A DNA stretch of 64,000 nucleotides from Anaerolineae bacterium (GTDB taxonomy: Bacteria; Chloroflexota; Anaerolineae; B4-G1; SLSP01), in the NCBI GenBank assembly GCA_026645815.1, contig JAPKMR010000012.1, positions 26,728 to 90,727 on the forward strand. Reading direction: 5' to 3'. Position 1 is the first letter of the stretch. The number at the start of each line of letters is the position of its first letter. A program made the translations under genes and the position numbers. The notes below the pieces were generated by a model. That model saw nothing but the letters and a program-made list of their open reading frames with translations. It was not told where the DNA came from and did no database searches. Positions 15,508 through 24,290 of this stretch are shown piece by piece.

Positions 15508-17958
15508 TTATGGAGCGGTCACCTGATAAATGGTGACCCCAGGATTCTGGTAAACGGCAGAGAAAAGCGCCGCGAATTTCTCCAAACCCTCTTCCGGATA
15601 GCGGGCGCGTTCCTCTGGGCCGATGTAGATATAAGCGACATCGTATTGTGTCAGAATGGAGCGCAGCTGTGTCACATCCGTCGTCGTGAAAAGCGTCTCC
15701 AATGCCGCCTCACGCAGCGCCGGTTCATCGTAATTCCCGCGCCACTGTGATTGATGTCCACCCCAACCCAACAAAGCCGGCAAGCCTGTCAGAGCAGAGA
15801 CGCGCCCCTCATAAACGTAGGCACGGTAGCGGTCGCCAGGCACTTCAGCAATCACCGGACGGCCCTCAACGTGGGTGTTGAGCCAGCCTATCGCATCCCA
15901 ATCGTCGGGATGGCGCTGCTGCAGCCACAGGGCGCCATCAAGCACTCCGGCGCCGCCATAAAGGCTCTCGTTCTGCCCGGCACGCGCAGGGATAGCGTAG
16001 CCCGTATAAATCCAACCCGCCGCAATCAGCAACCAGGCGGAGGCCTTTGCCATACGTTTGAGCCATCCTGCCCCGGCAGTTTGCTCTTGTGAAAGCCACC
16101 ATGCCGCAGCTATACTCCACACCACCCAGGCCTGAAAATAGAACTTGAAAATCGTGTTCATCCGGGTGCTGAAGACGTCCTTGAGAAAGACGTATTCAGG
16201 CGCTAACGTCAGCCCAAGACCCAAGAGCACCAGCAAGCCAACAAAGCCCTGATCCTCGCGAAGCTCGTATCGGGGCGCTAACAATGCCAGAAAGAGAGCG
16301 ATACAACCGCAAGCGAGCATAAATGCCGTCCATGGATTCAACAAGCGGGTGCTGAGCGCATTCAAGATGGCATCCATCTCAACCATGCCCACGCCTGAAA
16401 TAGATTGCCCTTGACGCACAGCGGCAAGATACGGACTGCCCACAATCCAGCCCACCAGCAATCCAGCAGCGGTGAGCAAGACAAGGATTAACGCGCTCCA
16501 GCCAAGCACCTGCTTCCAACGCACGCCGGTTGCTTTCGCCAGTTCCAGGACCAGACACACCAGCGGCAGCGCAAATGGGGCGAACATCACCAAAAACTGC
16601 GGCAAGCGAGTGGCATTGAAGACATTGGGCAATACGCCACCCGCCTGCGAGCGCAAAGCAAACCAAAATGGTGCGTAGAGAAGCACACTTACCACCGCGA
16701 GCGCCAGTGCGGCGGGAACGAGAGCCAGCAATTGATCCAACAAGGGCTTTTCCGGAAATGCCTCGCGGCGCTTGAGGAGCATCACGGCAACAATGAGCGC
16801 CCAGTAAATGGGGAAATCCCAGGTATTGAGGAAACCCAGCGCTCCTAACGCGACCGCGATGCCCAACCATGGCGCCAGGGCAAACAGACGGTGCGGCAGT
16901 GAGGTGCCGCTTTCGCGCTCGCGTGGCTCTGAGGGCTTACCCTTCCAGAGATTGAGCGCCAGCGCGATGACCAGCAGCACAAAGGGCAGCGCCAGCAGAT
17001 GCGGGTGCATGTCACCCAAGATGAAACTGAATGCCGGGAACTCATCAATGACCTCTTGGGAGACAGGGTTCTGCGCAGTGCCGATAGGGGCATAGTCGTG
17101 CAGCACGCGAGATGCCTGCCACCAATCAAAACGTGACGCGGTCATCCAGCCTGTGTTTTCCGATGCGGGGGCAAGGGATTTGAGATCAAGCCAGCGCCAG
17201 AAGCCGGCAGGCAGCAATCCCGAGCCATGAATGACCTGCAACAAGCCATTGGCATTGCCGGTGAGCAAGAGCAGTAACGGCGCGAACAGCGCCTTGATGA
17301 CACGCACACCATGCGTGAGGTCGTAGACAATGCTATACGCCATAACTCCCGCCAGGGCAAACCAGGCAGCGTTGCCGAGATTAAAGGCAACCGTCGCGGG
17401 GATTGCAGCTACCTGCGTCACCATGCCCAACAGTAGATAACCCAGGTAGTAATAGGAGATAGCAAAACCCGAAAGCCAGGGGTCATGCGGGGGCAAGGAA
17501 GGAGAGCGCAGCACGGCATTGAGAAAGGCTATTTCCATCCATTTCTCACCGCCGGCGGTCACGATTTGCGGTTGGGTGGCGCGGACGGCAGCCCAGGCAG
17601 CGAAAAGCACCGCAAAGAGCAGCTCGGTGAGCACGACAAAACGACGATGCTTAGCCCACCACGGCGAGAGCTCGTTCCAATGCCCACGCAGCGCCAGCAG
17701 CCCACAGCCAAACAACAGGAGGGCGGCGGCAAGAGCTGCCGCAGCAGTATTGGGCCACAGATGCAGAATCGCGCCCCACCACAGAATCACGCCGCTGAAA
17801 AGCAATCCTGAAGCCTTAGCCACGGCATACCCACGTGAGGGCAGGTTCCGTAGCCAGGCCAATGACAGGGGTAAACCTGCCAGCGCAAAACCCTGCAACA
17901 CAAGATACCAAATCAGGGGAGACCACAGTTTCATGGGCGCAGGCTGTTCCTTAGACAA
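15508..17958 (-). CDS. DUF2298 / Chlor_Arch_YYY-domain integral membrane protein
   Basis: 816 aa, highly hydrophobic. Contains the diagnostic ISYYYLGY (YYYxG) motif and a soluble C-terminal domain. Confidence 0.7.
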   Translation of the reverse strand: MSKEQPAPMKLWSPLIWYLVLQGFALAGLPLSLAWLRNLPSRGYAVAKASGLLFSGVILWWGAILHLWPNTAAAALAAALLLFGCGLLALRGHWNELSPWWAKHRRFVVLTELLFAVLFAAWAAVRATQPQIVTAGGEKWMEIAFLNAVLRSPSLPPHDPWLSGFAISYYYLGYLLLGMVTQVAAIPATVAFNLGNAAWFALAGVMAYSIVYDLTHGVRVIKALFAPLLLLLTGNANGLLQVIHGSGLLPAGFWRWLDLKSLAPASENTGWMTASRFDWWQASRVLHDYAPIGTAQNPVSQEVIDEFPAFSFILGDMHPHLLALPFVLLVIALALNLWKGKPSEPRERESGTSLPHRLFALAPWLGIAVALGALGFLNTWDFPIYWALIVAVMLLKRREAFPEKPLLDQLLALVPAALALAVVSVLLYAPFWFALRSQAGGVLPNVFNATRLPQFLVMFAPFALPLVCLVLELAKATGVRWKQVLGWSALILVLLTAAGLLVGWIVGSPYLAAVRQGQSISGVGMVEMDAILNALSTRLLNPWTAFMLACGCIALFLALLAPRYELREDQGFVGLLVLLGLGLTLAPEYVFLKDVFSTRMNTIFKFYFQAWVVWSIAAAWWLSQEQTAGAGWLKRMAKASAWLLIAAGWIYTGYAIPARAGQNESLYGGAGVLDGALWLQQRHPDDWDAIGWLNTHVEGRPVIAEVPGDRYRAYVYEGRVSALTGLPALLGWGGHQSQWRGNYDEPALREAALETLFTTTDVTQLRSILTQYDVAYIYIGPEERARYPEEGLEKFAALFSAVYQNPGVTIYQVTAP

Positions 17959-18021
17959 ATCGGGATTAACGCTCGGTTCTGTTCTACCACAAAGACAAAA
18001 AGAGACAAGGCGTGTAAGGAT

Positions 18022-18148
18022 TATAGGACAAATTAGTGGTGAGTTCAGAGGTCAGATTGGTGAGACCATGCGTTTAGACACTTTGACGCGCCAAAGTGAC
18101 GCAGAGGGTGGGTTTTTTGTGATTTTCGTGGATGGGCTAAGCCCCACC
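18022..18148 (+). repeat. repeat family A, copy A2 (truncated, about 127 bp)
   Basis: Shares the 5' core and the left hairpin arm (gtgattttcgtgg) with A1 and A3, but lacks the right arm and the 3' part. It ends about 10 nt from the comEA stop. Confidence 0.75.
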
Positions 18149-18158
18149 CCCGCGCGAC

Positions 18159-18830
18159 CTAAGGTCCTACAGTAATGTAAGGCGTCAGCCGCTCGTATGT
18201 AGTGGGACCAATGCCTTCCACGTTTTGGAGGTCCTCGACATGCACAAATGGTCCATGCTCCGCACGATAAGCGAGGATGGCTTGTGCGCGAATTTCACCG
18301 ATACCCGGAAGGGTTAGCAAATCCGCAAGCGTGGCGGTATTGAGGTTGATCAATGAAACTGGGGATGCCGGACTCGCAGATGGCACGGACGGCGCTGTGC
18401 GCGTGGGAATGTGGATATGCTGATGGTTGATCAGCGGCGCGGCGAGATTGATGCTCTCAAGATCGGCTTCAGGTGCAGGTCCACCAGCTGCCATCAAGGC
18501 GTCTTCGAGGAGACTGCCGCCAGGTACTTCGACGACCTGGGGTTGCATCACCGCGCCACTGAGGTAGACGCGCAACGTCGTGAGCTCGGGCGTGGATTGA
18601 AGTGCGCCAGCATTGCCGCTTGAAAGGGCACCCGCAGCCTGCGTAACAGGCAATTCCATAGCGGCGCCGGCGTCCGGCTCTGGGGCAGTCAATCGCCCAA
18701 TCAACCCACCAATAATCAGGCAAATCAGAGCGACGAGGGCGACATAGCGCACCGTATATGCCCGCATCTGTCGCCGGATTTCTTCAGGCGCAGGCGGATG
18801 ATCAATCAACCCCAGCTGCTCCACATTCAT
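18159..18830 (-). CDS. comEA: ComEA family DNA-binding protein
   Basis: N-terminal TM, an SLBB-like middle region, and C-terminal tandem HhH (INLNTATLADLLTLPGIGEIRAQAILAYRAEHGPFVHVEDLQNVEGIG). Confidence 0.8.
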   Translation of the reverse strand: MNVEQLGLIDHPPAPEEIRRQMRAYTVRYVALVALICLIIGGLIGRLTAPEPDAGAAMELPVTQAAGALSSGNAGALQSTPELTTLRVYLSGAVMQPQVVEVPGGSLLEDALMAAGGPAPEADLESINLAAPLINHQHIHIPTRTAPSVPSASPASPVSLINLNTATLADLLTLPGIGEIRAQAILAYRAEHGPFVHVEDLQNVEGIGPTTYERLTPYITVGP

Positions 18831-18912
18831 GGCTCACCACCCGCAGTTTGTCACCTGCTGCACGATGCCGGTTGCCGATTGCGAATAAACCGGCGCCGGT
18901 TGCCCCTGATTG

Positions 18913-20013
18913 TTAGATGCTAACCCCCGGACCCGGGATTTCTACCTCATCGGTAAACAGAGTTTCAGGTGCAACCTGCCCGGTGCGGGGTTTACGCCGC
19001 AACAGATTCCATGGAGAGAGTTTGCGCCAACTTTGATACAGAGAGCGTAGGTCGGGCACACGCACATTCCCGCCCGCCTCAAAGTAACGGCGGGCCGTTT
19101 CGCCGATGGCATAAGTGCTTGTCGCCGAAACAACGCTAGAGACGCCCCACCCCAATACCGGGACCAGTTTTGCCAGTTGCATCCCCAGATAGCGGGAGAA
19201 CAAACTCCCCGCTATCGCAGTCAGCAGTTCGCGGGCATGAGAAACACGCATGGATTCACCATAAGCGGCAGCAATCCGCAGCACCATGCGTGTCTGCGAA
19301 GCGAGCAAGATAGGAATATCCAGTCCGGGAATCGGCTGAATCGAAATTGCCGCATTGAACCACGCTGCCTGCCGGATGATACGGGTCACAATCTGCGCGC
19401 GGACGCCCGGCAATTCCCGCGCCATCGCAATAGCCAACGCAGGTTGCGCCTGAAGAATCGCTGGCAGCAGGTTTTCGGTGATTCCCTTTCCCGTCCGAGC
19501 AGAGACCGGAATAGGGCGCAGGCCTAACACTTTTTCAGCATTCTCCAGTACCCAGGGAAGGTCTTTAGCTACCAAATCTGCCTTGTTGAGCGCAACGATA
19601 ATGGGATGGCCAAAACGCTGCAATTCCGCGTAGAGGTCGCGGTCGTTTTGACGCACGCCAGCAGCGGCATCGAGCAACAACAAGATGAGGTCTGCTTCTT
19701 GCGCAGCGGCTTCGGCAATGGTTGCCCGGTCGGTGCCCCAAACCTCACCAAAACCCGGAGTATCCACAAGGTGAAACGGCCCCAGGGGGTGCTCGACGAC
19801 GCCTTTGGTCGTGCCGGGAACAGCGCTAACAGCACTGACACGCTGCCCATGCAGGCGGTTGAAGAGTGTGGATTTGCCACTGTTCACCGGTCCCACAATC
19901 ACCAGTCGCGTCTGCGCTTCCTGAGAGACCTCGTGTTCCAGGGCATGCCAATCTAACCCCTTGAGGACAGTCTGTAAATCATTCACATGCGAGGGCAGCT
20001 TGAGTGGATTCAT
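18913..20013 (-). CDS. GTP-binding protein with C-terminal DUF697-like membrane-associated domain
   Basis: G1 GPVNSGKSTLFNRL, G3 DTPGFG, G4 NKAD. The C-terminal 170 aa is hydrophobic/amphipathic, as in DUF697 proteins. Its start overlaps the upstream stop (ATGA). Confidence 0.75.
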   Translation of the reverse strand: MNPLKLPSHVNDLQTVLKGLDWHALEHEVSQEAQTRLVIVGPVNSGKSTLFNRLHGQRVSAVSAVPGTTKGVVEHPLGPFHLVDTPGFGEVWGTDRATIAEAAAQEADLILLLLDAAAGVRQNDRDLYAELQRFGHPIIVALNKADLVAKDLPWVLENAEKVLGLRPIPVSARTGKGITENLLPAILQAQPALAIAMARELPGVRAQIVTRIIRQAAWFNAAISIQPIPGLDIPILLASQTRMVLRIAAAYGESMRVSHARELLTAIAGSLFSRYLGMQLAKLVPVLGWGVSSVVSATSTYAIGETARRYFEAGGNVRVPDLRSLYQSWRKLSPWNLLRRKPRTGQVAPETLFTDEVEIPGPGVSI

Positions 20014-20972
20014 GCGCCTCCTTCTGCAACCGAGTCAGTTTCGTCATACGGGTGTTCGGCATCGCCATCCTTCAAATCATGCCGCGCGGCAAGCGGTTCA
20101 ATACTGAGAAGAATACCGCTGCGAGGTAAGTGATAAGCCCGGTAAGGCAGGTCATCAATGAGCACTTCAAAAGCCCGCGGAGAAACCGAGAAATGTCGCG
20201 CGCCGATCACGTACGCATAAGGTTGATAAGGTCGTGGCTGTTTCAAACGCCGTCCAATACCCCCGGTCGCCTCTACACGCCCCCGAAGCAGGTCGGACCA
20301 CAGCTGAGACGGGGTAAAATCGCCCGCAATAGTGATGAATCGCGGCAACAAGCGAAGCAACTGCGACGTTGTCAACTCCCCGCGGCGATTGGCGGCTAAG
20401 GTATCCCGATTAAAGTCAAGCACGGCAGAAAGAGCCTCAAGCAAAGCCTCGCGCGTATCTGCCGTCGCCGACTTGCCAATCACCTCGGCGGAGAGCACAA
20501 AACCAGAGCGAGGAAGAAAATAGAAGCGGTAAAGCATATCCGGTCTCAGGTCTAGCGGATTGGAGGGGAGCAACAGAACGCGATTGTCCAATACCGCTTC
20601 ATAGCCGCCTCGGGTATAGAGCAGACGGCCCTCTGCAGATTCAAGGCGCTCTTCAACCAGGTCTCGGCGCAACAACAGCTGGCGTTGGATGAGGGGGGGA
20701 ACCGTGAGCATAAACATCTCGGTGCCGACGATGAGAGCAATGAACAAGAGCACCCAGACCACAATGGCTGGGGCACGCCCTCCCAACAAGAACACCAGCG
20801 CTATCAAAGCGCCAGCGGGAAGGATCACACGCCGCAGCAAATAGGTAAGGCATCCACGCCGACCTCGAGCGGCGCGGGTCGCGCGCTCACGTTGCGCATC
20901 CGTCAGTTCGCCACGTTGGTTGGCTGCGAGGCCCGCCGCGTCCGTCAGGTCAATCTTCACCTTCACCGTCAT
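20010..20972 (-). CDS. hypothetical membrane protein with internal duplication
   Basis: Two TM helices (residues roughly 50-95). Repeated segments: LAANQRGELTDAQ / LAANRRGELTTSQ, and LYRFYFLPRSGFVLSAEVI / PYRAYHLPRSGILLSIEPL. Its start overlaps the ftsK-paralog stop by 23 nt. Confidence 0.55.
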   Translation of the reverse strand: MTVKVKIDLTDAAGLAANQRGELTDAQRERATRAARGRRGCLTYLLRRVILPAGALIALVFLLGGRAPAIVVWVLLFIALIVGTEMFMLTVPPLIQRQLLLRRDLVEERLESAEGRLLYTRGGYEAVLDNRVLLLPSNPLDLRPDMLYRFYFLPRSGFVLSAEVIGKSATADTREALLEALSAVLDFNRDTLAANRRGELTTSQLLRLLPRFITIAGDFTPSQLWSDLLRGRVEATGGIGRRLKQPRPYQPYAYVIGARHFSVSPRAFEVLIDDLPYRAYHLPRSGILLSIEPLAARHDLKDGDAEHPYDETDSVAEGGA

Positions 20973-23292
20973 CCCCCAGAATCACCTGGCGCTTGCGCCC
21001 TGCCGCCGCTTGTGGACCGACAATGCCCATCGCTTCCATTTGCTCCATCAGACGCGCGGCACGGGGATAGCTGATACGCAGGCGTCTCTGAATCGCAGAA
21101 GTAGAGATATTGCCCTGCTGTTGCGCGAGGGCAATGGCTTTTTCCAGCAAATCGGCATCCTCAGTCTCACCCTCAATTCGCCATTGTTCAGGGCTGGCGC
21201 TTTCAGCAACCGCCTCCCAGGGAGCCTGAGAAGGCGTCGCCCCCATCTGCCGCTGCCAGAAATGAATCAAAGCCTCCAATTCCTCGTCAGAGATATAACA
21301 CCCCTGAATACGACGCGGCGCAGCCGCATCAGGCGCCAGGAAGAGCATATCGCCCTGCCCCAACAGGGACTCTGCGCCGGGCGTATCCAGAATGACGCGC
21401 GAGTCCACATTGCTGGTGACCGCAAAACTCACCCGCGCGGGGAAGTTAGCCTTGATGAGACCGGTGACCACGTCGGTGCTGGGGCGTTGCGTAGCTACGA
21501 CCAGATGGATCCCGGTAGCACGCGCCATCTGAGCAATGCGTGTAAGGCTACGCTCCGTCTCATCGGGCGCAGCCATCATCAGGTCAGCGAGCTCGTCAAT
21601 AAGCACCACAATACGCGCCAACGGTTCAAGGCCCTGGCGCTCGGCATGACGGTTGTAATCCTCCAGATTGCGCGCCGGGACACTGGCGAAACGCTTATAG
21701 CGATCCTCCATCTCCAGCGTGACCCATCGCAGCACACGCAAGATGCGCTCCAGCTCAGTTTCGGCCTTGCCCAGCAGGTGCGGCAGGCCATTCAAGTGAC
21801 TGAGCTCAACCATCTTGGGGTCAATGGCAACCAGTTTAAGCTCAGTAGGTGCATTGCGCATGATGAGGCTGGCGGCAATCGCTTTCACGAAGACCGATTT
21901 CCCGCTGCCAGTCGTTCCCGCAACAAGCAAATGGGGCATCGTGCTCAGATTAGCTCCCACAGCCGTCCCGGCGACATCGAGTCCCACAGCAAAACAAAGC
22001 GCTTTGTTGCACCGGGCATATTCTTGACTTTCGAGCACGCGTCGCAGGGTTACGAGGCTAATCTCCTCATTCGGTACTTCGATGCCAACCACGGCACGAC
22101 CGGGCACCGGAGCCTCAACGCGCAGCGAGCGGGCAGCAAGCGCAAGTTTCAAATCGTCAGCCAGTGCTGAAATCTGGCTAACGCGTACTTTGCGCTGGTC
22201 CTCACCATCCTGCCCGCGCGCCACAAAGCCTGGAGTTACACCAAATTGGGTAACCGTGGGACCTTGACGCACTTCTGTGACCTGCGCGGGCACCCCAAAC
22301 TGCGCCAGGGTTTGCTCAATGATACGGCTCTTGCGATCAATCTCAATCTGACTCATACTGGGCGCGCGCGCCGGTTGCAACAGCGTCAATGACGGCAAGT
22401 TGAGCTTAGGTTTGGCCGGTTCCTCAGCAGGAGCCACAGGCAGCAGTGGCGGCGAAGCCGGCGCCTTCCTTGCCCCGCGCTCTGGCGAGGGGGAAACAGC
22501 CACACCAGCCCCCAACAGGCTACCCTCAGCCCGCCGAGCAGCCTCCTTCTCGGCGGCTCGAGCGGTAGCGGCATCCTGTGCCGCTTTGCGCGCAGCCTCT
22601 CTGTTATCCTGGTATTCCCTCCAGGCTACTGCCATCCGCCCCCCCAGGGCACGCAAGTCATCGAGGGTCACATCGAAAACCAGCCCAATGCCCACAAGGA
22701 TGAGCAAGCCCATGAGGAAAACGGTGACCAGAATGTTGGAGTAATAGATGAAAGAGAAACTCAAAGCCCAACCAATTAAGCCCCCGCCCTGCCCAGAGAG
22801 CACAGCGTCCCAGCCGAACTGACGGACAAAGACGTGGCTCAACGCCAATAGACCAAAGAAAGCCAGCTCAAAACCCAAGAGGGGACGCCAACGCCAGGCC
22901 GTCGGGCGATGTACCAGATGCCGCAACCAAAGTAGTCCCAGGCAAACGATCAATCCGGCAGTGACATACGCTCCCCAACCGAAAATGAGCACCAACAGGC
23001 GACTCCAACCAGTGATCAGTGCGCCTGTATTGATACCTGCCAGCGTGACTATGGTAACAAAGCCGAAGAAAATCAAAGCCAAAGCGAGCAATTGTTGGCC
23101 TGTAGCGCTACGTGCAACAGCGCTCAGCGCCGGTCCAAACCTGCGCTCCGGAACAGCCGGAGACGCCTGAGAAGGCGCCGCTTTCCCAGGCGCAGGTTTT
23201 GTCTGCCCACGGCGCTGTGAAGCAGACTTACCCTGTGGGCGCGTCATTCTATAAGCGGGTTGGGACCTTTTAGTAGATTGTCGCTTCGCCAT
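20950..23292 (-). CDS. DNA translocase FtsK/SpoIIIE (paralog 2)
   Basis: N-terminal TM helices, an Ala/Pro-rich linker and a motor domain (LVAGTTGSGKSVFVK, VVLIDELADLMM, ATQRPS). Gamma domain ISTSAIQRRLRISYPRAARLMEQM. Confidence 0.9.
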   Translation of the reverse strand: MAKRQSTKRSQPAYRMTRPQGKSASQRRGQTKPAPGKAAPSQASPAVPERRFGPALSAVARSATGQQLLALALIFFGFVTIVTLAGINTGALITGWSRLLVLIFGWGAYVTAGLIVCLGLLWLRHLVHRPTAWRWRPLLGFELAFFGLLALSHVFVRQFGWDAVLSGQGGGLIGWALSFSFIYYSNILVTVFLMGLLILVGIGLVFDVTLDDLRALGGRMAVAWREYQDNREAARKAAQDAATARAAEKEAARRAEGSLLGAGVAVSPSPERGARKAPASPPLLPVAPAEEPAKPKLNLPSLTLLQPARAPSMSQIEIDRKSRIIEQTLAQFGVPAQVTEVRQGPTVTQFGVTPGFVARGQDGEDQRKVRVSQISALADDLKLALAARSLRVEAPVPGRAVVGIEVPNEEISLVTLRRVLESQEYARCNKALCFAVGLDVAGTAVGANLSTMPHLLVAGTTGSGKSVFVKAIAASLIMRNAPTELKLVAIDPKMVELSHLNGLPHLLGKAETELERILRVLRWVTLEMEDRYKRFASVPARNLEDYNRHAERQGLEPLARIVVLIDELADLMMAAPDETERSLTRIAQMARATGIHLVVATQRPSTDVVTGLIKANFPARVSFAVTSNVDSRVILDTPGAESLLGQGDMLFLAPDAAAPRRIQGCYISDEELEALIHFWQRQMGATPSQAPWEAVAESASPEQWRIEGETEDADLLEKAIALAQQQGNISTSAIQRRLRISYPRAARLMEQMEAMGIVGPQAAAGRKRQVILGDDGEGED

Positions 23293-23304
23293 GATTAAGA
23301 TCGC

Positions 23305-24240
23305 CTATTCCGACAGCTCAGGCAATCCCAACGCGATACGGTGCTCTTGGGGCACAATGTTCAATACCCGCACCGCGACCGTATCGCCGAAACGGTAACG
23401 TTGATAGATAGGATAAGTCTCTTCACCATCGTGACTCAATTCCGAAATGTGCAGCAACCCCTCCAGACCGGACCCCAGATCCACAAACACACCAAAGCGC
23501 TCGACGCCCACAACCTGGCCCGATAATTCATCACCAGGGCTGATCCAGTCATGGACCGAATCCCATGGGTTGGGTTGCAGGCGCTTAAGACTTAGTGCCA
23601 CCCGCTGGTGTTCCACATCAATATTGAGAACCATCACGCGTACACGCAGTCCGGGCTCCAAGAAATCCCGCGGATGGCGTACCCGCCCCCAAGAAATCTC
23701 CGAAATATGCACCATGCCTTCGAGAGGTCCCAAATTGATAAAGGCGCCGAAGGGTCTCACGCTGGTGATTTCACCCTCACAGATAGCCCCCACGCTCAAC
23801 CATTCGGGCCACTCCACCTTTCTGCCTTCACACAACTCCAGCTGTCGCTCGGAGAAAAGGATGCGGTTGCGCAGCGGTTCAACCTCGATAATGCACAGCC
23901 GCAACTCGCGCCCCAGATAATTCTGGAAACACTCCTCGCGCGCGACCAGATCGGCGGGGAAAGGATATGCATAGAGATGCGATGCCGGAATGAAACACTC
24001 AATACCTTTCCAATAGGCTATCAAGCCACCGCGGTTGTAATCTTCAATCGTCAGCTGCATGATGGTGTGGTTCTGGTACAGGCGTTGAGCCTCATCCCAG
24101 ATTTCCTGAGCAACCAGGGGCGCCTCTTGCCATTCCCACAGACCTGGGGCGGCAGATGTGCTCAAGGGACCTTCTTCTAATAATGCCATCCAATAATGTT
24201 CACTGGGACCTTGTTGTGGTGGAATATAGATCCAGTTCAT
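23305..24240 (-). CDS. S1 RNA-binding domain protein (three S1 repeats)
   Basis: Repeated S1 signatures: GEITSVRPFGAFINLG..EGMVHISEIS and GQVVGVERFGVFVDLG..EGLLHISELS. The ATG at 24240 is preceded by AAGGAG. Confidence 0.8.
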   Translation of the reverse strand: MNWIYIPPQQGPSEHYWMALLEEGPLSTSAAPGLWEWQEAPLVAQEIWDEAQRLYQNHTIMQLTIEDYNRGGLIAYWKGIECFIPASHLYAYPFPADLVAREECFQNYLGRELRLCIIEVEPLRNRILFSERQLELCEGRKVEWPEWLSVGAICEGEITSVRPFGAFINLGPLEGMVHISEISWGRVRHPRDFLEPGLRVRVMVLNIDVEHQRVALSLKRLQPNPWDSVHDWISPGDELSGQVVGVERFGVFVDLGSGLEGLLHISELSHDGEETYPIYQRYRFGDTVAVRVLNIVPQEHRIALGLPELSE

Positions 24241-24290
24241 AGAACTCCTTTGAAACAAAAAATCGTAAGTGCTGATGGAAACCCGAACAC

